In this document: one piece after another, positions 58,167-64,000 of the stretch
Numbering within the stretch: the first letter of the stretch is position 1
Layout: each line of letters opens with the position of its first letter
Assembly (NCBI GenBank): GCA_965217775.1
Contig: CBDCJH010000002.1
Coordinates: 3,456,001 to 3,520,000, forward strand
Direction of reading: 5' to 3'
Source: Acidobacteriota bacterium
GTDB lineage: Bacteria > Acidobacteriota > UBA6911 > RPQK01 > JAJDTT01
DNA: 64,000 bases
Translations under genes and position numbers: made by a program
Notes under the pieces: model-generated
What the model was told of the DNA's origin: nothing
Databases searched by the model: none
What the model saw: the letters and a program-made list of their open reading frames with translations, nothing else

Positions 58167-60092
58167 ATGAGAGACTTTCTGGTCGGAACCGCCGGACACA
58201 TCGATCACGGCAAGACCACCCTCCTGAAAGCCTTGACGGGTATCGACGCCGACCGCCTGGAGGAAGAAAAGCGCCGCGGGATCACCATCGACATCGGCTT
58301 CGCCCACCTGTCCCTGGGTTCCTGCCGCATTGGGTTCGTCGACGTGCCGGGTCACGAAAAGCTGGTCAAGAACATGCTAGCCGGGATCGGCGGCATCGAT
58401 CTGGCTCTGCTCATCGTCGCCGCCGACGAATCGATCATGCCGCAGACGCTGGAGCACTTTCAGATCTGCCGGCTCCTGGACATTCCTGGAGGAATCGTCG
58501 CCCTCACCAAGTGCGATTCGGTGGAACCGGAACTTCTGTACCTGGTGCGGGAAGAGATTCGAGCGATGACCCGGGGCAGCTTCCTCGAGAACGGTCCCGT
58601 CATCGCCGTGGACAGCATCACGGGGAGCGGATTGGATTCGCTCAAGAGGATGTTGATCGAGCAGGCCGCCAAATCGGATCGAAACCGTGGTTCCCGGCAG
58701 GAAAGAGTGTTCCGGTTGCCGGTGGACCGGGTCTTCACCAAGCGAGGATTCGGGACGGTGGTGACCGGCACCCTGACCTCGGGAATCATCCGGAAGGAAG
58801 ACGCCGTTGCCGTCTATCCGTCCGGAAAGAGGGGCAGGATCCGGCGCATCGAGATCTTCAACCGGGAGGCCCCCGAGGTCGTGGCAGGACAGCGGACCGC
58901 GTTGAACCTCATGGGCCTGGGCAAGGACGACCTGAAACGGGGGATGGTCCTTTCCCGACCCGGAGGTCTTCGGCCGACTCGTTCTCTGGACGCCTCGATC
59001 AAGGTGCTGACGGGCGCTCCGCGACCGCTGAAACGAAGAACTCCAGTCCGCTTCCACCATGGAAGTGGACAGTGGCAGGGCCAGGTGTATCCGCTGGAAG
59101 GGAAAGCGGTGGCGCCCGGGCAGCGTGCGATGGTTCAGATACGGCTGGAGCAACCCGCGATGTGCTGGATTGGAGACCGATTCATTTTCAGGATGGACTC
59201 TCCGCCCGTCACCGCCGGAGGCGGAGTGGTGTTGGACGACATCCCGCCCAGACACCGGGCCCGGAATCTCCGCGGGGAGCTGCTGGCGTTGAAGGCGCTC
59301 CATTCGGGACTGGAAGCCGGCAGCCGCGACCCGGACCAGACCCGGCTCGAATTCCTGGTTCGATCCAAAGGGGAACGTGGGATTGACATCGACGAGTTGG
59401 CCGCCCGGACCGGCTCGCCGGGGAGGCGATTGCTGGGGCACCTGCAGCGCCTGCCGGAAATCGAGCTGGTGCCCCAGGAACCGTCTCTGGCAGTGACGCG
59501 GGCAGCCCTGCGAAATCTGGAAGAATCGATGCTCTCATACCTGGACGAGTTCCACTCCCGAAACCCGCTGGCCGCGGGCGTCTCCAGGGAGGAGCTTCGG
59601 AACCGTTTCCTGAAGTCCTCCAGTATCGACTACTTCCAGTACCTGCTGCGGCGACTGGAGTGCCGGGACCTGATCCGCATCGCCCGCTCCATCGTCATGC
59701 GGCGAGGTTGGGAGCCCCGTCTGAACCCGGCTCAGGAGGCAGTGGGACAGTCGATCCTGGGTGTTTTCGGGAGAAGCTTTCCCCGGCCTCCGACCCTGAC
59801 GGAGCTGAAGCGCCGGCTGCACCACCCGCCGTCCCGGACCGAAGAGGTCTACTTTTTCCTGATCCAACAAGGCGATCTGGTCCGGATCGGCGGGGAATTT
59901 GTCTTGGTCCCATCTCAAGTCGCCCGTCTCAGGAACGAATTCAAGAGCAAGTTCTCTCCCGGACAGTCGTTTTCGGTCCCCGAGTTCAAGGACTCCCTCG
60001 GGATCAGCCGAAAGTACGCCATCCCGTTCCTCGAGTATCTGGATCGAGAGGGGGTCACCCGGCGCCAGGGCGACGGAAGAGTCGTGCTTTGA
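58167..60092 (+). CDS. selB: Selenocysteine-specific elongation factor SelB
   Basis: [31 protein letters not shown]; C-terminal WH domain [13 protein letters not shown]...T.R.GD.R. Confidence 0.96.
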   Translation: MRDFLVGTAGHIDHGKTTLLKALTGIDADRLEEEKRRGITIDIGFAHLSLGSCRIGFVDVPGHEKLVKNMLAGIGGIDLALLIVAADESIMPQTLEHFQICRLLDIPGGIVALTKCDSVEPELLYLVREEIRAMTRGSFLENGPVIAVDSITGSGLDSLKRMLIEQAAKSDRNRGSRQERVFRLPVDRVFTKRGFGTVVTGTLTSGIIRKEDAVAVYPSGKRGRIRRIEIFNREAPEVVAGQRTALNLMGLGKDDLKRGMVLSRPGGLRPTRSLDASIKVLTGAPRPLKRRTPVRFHHGSGQWQGQVYPLEGKAVAPGQRAMVQIRLEQPAMCWIGDRFIFRMDSPPVTAGGGVVLDDIPPRHRARNLRGELLALKALHSGLEAGSRDPDQTRLEFLVRSKGERGIDIDELAARTGSPGRRLLGHLQRLPEIELVPQEPSLAVTRAALRNLEESMLSYLDEFHSRNPLAAGVSREELRNRFLKSSSIDYFQYLLRRLECRDLIRIARSIVMRRGWEPRLNPAQEAVGQSILGVFGRSFPRPPTLTELKRRLHHPPSRTEEVYFFLIQQGDLVRIGGEFVLVPSQVARLRNEFKSKFSPGQSFSVPEFKDSLGISRKYAIPFLEYLDREGVTRRQGDGRVVL

Positions 60093-60177
60093 GCTTCCGC
60101 GCAACCAGCGCTGACGCCGGTCCGAAGAAATCCTTCCTGACCCGAATCTGAGGCTCATTTCCCAGCGAGCCTCAAAA

Positions 60178-60556
60178 CTTCATAAACTGACCCGGGGTCA
60201 GGTCATCACCCCGCCGTTGGTCGGGGTCCACGATTCCTCCACCATCCAACAAGGCGATCCGGTCCGGGTCGGCGGGGATTTCGTCTTGACCCCAGTTCGG
60301 CGTAGCCGGAACTAAAACCTCTTCGCCGGAGCGGCGGGTTTCCAACCGCCGACTCTTGGTCTGGCGCCGTCGTGCTCCGCTTTGGACCGAAGAGGGCACC
60401 CACAAGGGGAGCCCCTACGGATTAGTCTTCGTCAATTTTCACGAGAATTCGACGACTCCCTCGGGATCAGCCGCAAGTACGCCATCCCGTTTCTCGAGTA
60501 TCCGGATCGAGAGGGAATCACGCGGCGCCAGGGAGACGGGCGAGTGGTATTTTGAG
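60178..60556 (+). pseudogene. Relic duplication: spondin-gene 5' fragment plus two selB 3' fragments
   Basis: 60178-60243 resembles the spondin N-terminus; 60244-60294 resembles selB 59862-59912; 60454-60556 resembles selB 59991-60093. Confidence 0.8.
60394..60418 (-). repeat. GTAG-type REP-like hairpin
   Basis: Reverse complement reads GTAGGGGCTCCCCTTGTGGGTGCCC. Confidence 0.55.
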
Positions 60557-60649
60557 ACTCGGCGCGGCTGTTTTCCCGGGGACGATTTCGGGTCGGAGCG
60601 GATCCGATCTTCCCGGGATGAAGACCTGTCAACCAACAGGGAGAATCCC

Positions 60650-61336
60650 ATGAGAAAGAAGACGAAACGAATCACCTTGATCAGCGCGGTCGTGTCATTC
60701 AGCGTGGCGGGCGGGACCTCGATTCTCGCTCAGTCCACCTACGTCGTCACGATCCAGAACCTGACTCGGAGTCAGATCATCACTCCTCCGGTCGTCGCAA
60801 TGCACAACGCATCCACTTCTCTTTTTTCGATCGGAGAAGAGTCCGGCCCCGAATTGGCTGCTCTGGCAGAGGACGGCAACCCGGTGCCGCTGCTGGAGGC
60901 GCTGATGACCATGCCGGGAGTCTACGATTCCGCCATAGGATACGGGGTCATCCCTCCTTCCCAGTCCACAACGGCCACGGTGACGAGCGGATACGGCTAC
61001 AGGTTTCTCTCGATCGTCGGCAAACTGGCGACGACCAACGATTCTTTCTTTGCCGTCAGCGGAGTCCAGATTCCGTCGCCCCCCAACCTGTTTTTCTCCC
61101 CGCCCCGATCCAAGACCGTAGATGCTCCCGCCTACGATGCGGGAAGTGAGGCCAATTCCGAATTGTGCGAGTTCATACCGGGTCCACCCTGCGCGAGCCA
61201 CTTCGTCCACGACCCGGCCGAAGCCGAGGGCTTCATCTACGTCAGCAACGGAATTCAGGGGATCGGCGACATCAATGCCGCCGAGTCCGACTGGCGCAAC
61301 CCCGTCGCCCGAGTGACGATCACCCGCGTCGATTGA
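60650..61336 (+). CDS. Secreted spondin-domain protein
   Basis: Signal peptide; YVVTIQNLT..Q..TPP...H, LAALAEDGN, LATTNDSF, YDAGSEANSE, NPVARVTI. Confidence 0.85.
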   Translation: MRKKTKRITLISAVVSFSVAGGTSILAQSTYVVTIQNLTRSQIITPPVVAMHNASTSLFSIGEESGPELAALAEDGNPVPLLEALMTMPGVYDSAIGYGVIPPSQSTTATVTSGYGYRFLSIVGKLATTNDSFFAVSGVQIPSPPNLFFSPPRSKTVDAPAYDAGSEANSELCEFIPGPPCASHFVHDPAEAEGFIYVSNGIQGIGDINAAESDWRNPVARVTITRVD

Positions 61337-61411
61337 ACCTCGACCCTCCCCGGGATAGCCTGGACCCCGAAACGGGGGCAGCGAGTCTCCCTTCTCACCG
61401 GAGGATAGGAC

Positions 61412-62893
61412 ATGAGGACGAAAAGGTCGGTCGCAGTGGCGTTCGCGCTGGGACTCTCGCTGGCGGAAGTTTGGTCCGCCGAACAGAACGAACCCGAAAA
61501 GCCGGTCAATATCGGTTCCCGCCTGGAACTGTTCGTCGACGACTTCCTCATCGAATCCATGGACGGGCTGGAACTTCGACTCCACCGCCCGCGTTCCGCC
61601 GGCAAGATCGTGGTTTTCGACCGGCCGTGGGAAGGCACCACCAGCCTCTACCACACCGTCTTCAAGGACGGAGACGGCTATCGCCTCTACTACCGGGGGA
61701 GCAGCCACCAGGACTATGTCGACAAGTCGCAATTGGGTCCCGAAGAGGTGATCGTCCCCGTCCACGAATCGGTCACCTGCCTGCTGGAGAGCCGGGACGG
61801 GATCGAGTGGACTCGGCCCTCTCTGGGCCTGGTCGAGTTCCAGGGATCCACCGACAACAACATCGTCTGGAAGGGAACGGCCTCCTGCTGTTTCGCTCCT
61901 TTCAAAGACTCCAATCCGGATGCTCCCGCCGAGGAACGGTACAAGGCGTTGGGCAACGCGGGACCGGGATGGCCCAATCACGTCCTGAAGGCGTTCGTCT
62001 CTAACGACGGCAAGCGCTGGCGCCTGGCCAGCGACGAGGCGGCCATCAGCGACGGAAAGTTCGACTCCCTGAACGTTCCGTTCTGGGATCCGGTCCGAAG
62101 CCAATATGCGGCCGTCTACCGCGATGGCGACGGGGTGCGCAGCGTCAAGTACGCGACCTCCAAGGATTTTCGAAACTGGACGCCCGGAACCTGGGCCGAC
62201 TACGGCGGCAGTCCCCGCGAGCATCTCTACACCAACGGCACCCATCCCTATTTCCGGGCGCCCCACATCCTGATCGCGCTCCCCAAGAGGTTCGTCCCCT
62301 GGAGGACCTACCATGCCACCATCTCCATCGCGGGTGTCTCGGAGGCGGTCTTCATGAGCAGCAGGGACGGCGTCCACTGGGACCGGCGTTTCATGGAGGC
62401 CTTCATTCGTCCGGGCCGGGACCCTCGGAACTGGGTTCACCGGTCCAACATGCCCTCCGCCGGCGTGGTCCCTACCTCGGACGACGAAATGTCCCTCTAC
62501 GTGGCGCGCCACTACACCTTTCCCAGCGCTCACCTGGAGCGGATGGTGCTGAGGACCGACGGCTTCGCCTCCATCCACGCGGACCATAGGGGAGGACAAT
62601 GGGTCAGTCGTCCTCTGGTTTTCGAGGGTGGCAATCTGGTTCTGAACTTTGCCACCTCCGCAGCCGGGAGCATCCGCCTGGAGATACAGGACACGGAGGG
62701 CCGTCCTCTTCCCGGATTCGCCCTGGAGGAATCCCCCCTGATCTGGGGAGATGAGATCGAGCACACGGTGAGGTGGGAACGGAGTCACGTCCAGGCGGTC
62801 TCGGACAAACCCCTGAGCAGGATTACCGGAAAGCCGGTTCGACTGAGGTTGGTCATGAAGGACGCGGACCTCTACTCTCTCAGATTCAGGTAG
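61412..62893 (+). CDS. Secreted beta-propeller glycoside-hydrolase-like protein
   Basis: Signal peptide; LELFVDD, Asp-box-like ESRDGIEW, SNDGKRW, SRDGVHW; LRTDGFAS; ends DADLYSLRF. Confidence 0.75.
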   Translation: MRTKRSVAVAFALGLSLAEVWSAEQNEPEKPVNIGSRLELFVDDFLIESMDGLELRLHRPRSAGKIVVFDRPWEGTTSLYHTVFKDGDGYRLYYRGSSHQDYVDKSQLGPEEVIVPVHESVTCLLESRDGIEWTRPSLGLVEFQGSTDNNIVWKGTASCCFAPFKDSNPDAPAEERYKALGNAGPGWPNHVLKAFVSNDGKRWRLASDEAAISDGKFDSLNVPFWDPVRSQYAAVYRDGDGVRSVKYATSKDFRNWTPGTWADYGGSPREHLYTNGTHPYFRAPHILIALPKRFVPWRTYHATISIAGVSEAVFMSSRDGVHWDRRFMEAFIRPGRDPRNWVHRSNMPSAGVVPTSDDEMSLYVARHYTFPSAHLERMVLRTDGFASIHADHRGGQWVSRPLVFEGGNLVLNFATSAAGSIRLEIQDTEGRPLPGFALEESPLIWGDEIEHTVRWERSHVQAVSDKPLSRITGKPVRLRLVMKDADLYSLRFR

Positions 62894-62904
62894 CTGGAAT
62901 TCAG

Positions 62905-64000
62905 GTGAGTGCAAGGAATGCGGATATCCGCGGGAGCTACGGCTGGTTGCTGGCGGGGATTCTGGCGATAGGCTGCTCTGGCGCCTCCGCCAACCCACCA
63001 CAGATCGTCCGGCCGGAGGAACCCGCAAACGGCGCCGCGGCCGGTGGCCCGAAATCGGCTGCGGACGAGTTGCGCCGATCCACGCACACGGTCCTGGCCA
63101 GGGTCAGCGCTCTTCGCAACCTTCCTGCCACAAGCTCCGTCGAGACCGGGCTCCGAAGCCGCGAGGAGATCCGCCGCTACATCCTCGCCCGCATGGCTGA
63201 AGAGTATCCGGCCGAGGAACTCGAGCTCGACCGGCGCCTGCTGGTGAAGCTGGGCCTGATTCCGGACTCTCTGGACTATCGCGGGACCCTGGTCCAACTG
63301 CTGACCGAACAGGTGGCCGGATACTACGACCCCAAGACCGGGACCCTGTATGTCGCCGACTGGGTGCCGATCCAGGAACAGCTCCCGGTGATGGCTCATG
63401 AACTGGCCCATGCGCTTCAAGACCAGCACTTCGATCTCGACCGGCTGTTGGAGGGCGTGAAAGGAAACGAAGACGCCACCCAGGCCCACGTCGCAGTGGT
63501 AGAGGGGGAGGGGCTGGGACTGATGCTGGACTACGTTCTGAAACCCCTGGGGCAGAGCTTTCTGGACATTCCGGACATCGTCCGGATGCAGAAGGACCAG
63601 ATGGAGGACGCACGACAGACTTACGACGTCTTCCGGAAGGTTCCCGCCTTCTTCCAGGAAGCGTTGCTCTTTCCCTACGTCCAGGGAGCACGATTCCTTC
63701 AACACCACGTTCGAAGGCACGGATGGCCGGGTGTGGACCGCATCTATGCCGATCTGCCCCGATCCACGGAACAGATTCTCCACCCGGAGAAGTACGAGTC
63801 TCCGAGGGATGATCCGACCCACGTGGACCCCCCGCCACTTCCGCCCGGTTTCGGGGGGCGCTGGGAGCGAATCTACCGGAACGTCCTGGGTGAATTCATG
63901 CTCCGGCTGGTCCTGGACGAGTTCCTGGAAGAGTATCCGGCCCGGGACGCCGCCAGCGGCTGGGACGGCGACTCGGTCCAGCTCTACCAGGGCGCCGATG
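62905..64000 (+). CDS. Lipoprotein with HExxH metallopeptidase-like motif (partial)
   Basis: Lipobox LAIGC; EQVAGYYDP, AHELAHALQDQHF, VEG, FPY..G, PRSTEQILHPEKY, GWDGD; runs off the window end. Confidence 0.75.
   Translation, partial: MSARNADIRGSYGWLLAGILAIGCSGASANPPQIVRPEEPANGAAAGGPKSAADELRRSTHTVLARVSALRNLPATSSVETGLRSREEIRRYILARMAEEYPAEELELDRRLLVKLGLIPDSLDYRGTLVQLLTEQVAGYYDPKTGTLYVADWVPIQEQLPVMAHELAHALQDQHFDLDRLLEGVKGNEDATQAHVAVVEGEGLGLMLDYVLKPLGQSFLDIPDIVRMQKDQMEDARQTYDVFRKVPAFFQEALLFPYVQGARFLQHHVRRHGWPGVDRIYADLPRSTEQILHPEKYESPRDDPTHVDPPPLPPGFGGRWERIYRNVLGEFMLRLVLDEFLEEYPARDAASGWDGDSVQLYQGAD

Noticed and set aside
58037-60650. tRNA-Sec (selC) or selA near selB
   Set aside because: No cloverleaf or T-loop motif and no SelA-like ORF visible.

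Overview
GC-rich bacterial chromosome segment. Gene content and conserved hypothetical families suggest Acidobacteriota, possibly marine or sponge-associated; this is an inference. Housekeeping blocks: tsaE with a minor-pilin cluster, ubiE/menG, aroB, fused thiS-thiG, a prenol-kinase/UbiA operon, nuoJKLMN-greA, PBP1A, polyprenyl synthase, tatD, metG, larC, argS, thiE, ffh-rpsP-khpA-rimM-trmD-rplS and selB. Two accessory zones interrupt them. (1) At 6.4-9.0 kb, a small two-gene unit has been hit by two copies of a 158-bp MITE with 4-bp TSDs. It also carries a 1244-bp element encoding only an intact-looking TnpB, bounded by 22-bp terminal inverted repeats and an 8-bp target-site duplication. These are IS1595-like DDE-transposon ends rather than IS200/IS605 ends, and this is the most striking observation. 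(2) At 21.7-41.7 kb lie an amino-acid oxidase, a type III PKS pair, an ISNCY-type pseudogene and a type I R-M locus. Its hsdM-hsdS gap holds four TA cassettes partly delimited by relic hsdM 3' ends, and its HsdR carries a C-terminal Schlafen/AlbA_2 domain. Other non-coding signals include an 11-bp-phased DnaA-box-like array upstream of PBP1A and relic copies of nuoN, selB and spondin-gene fragments. All calls are from motif recognition by eye; no database searches were run.
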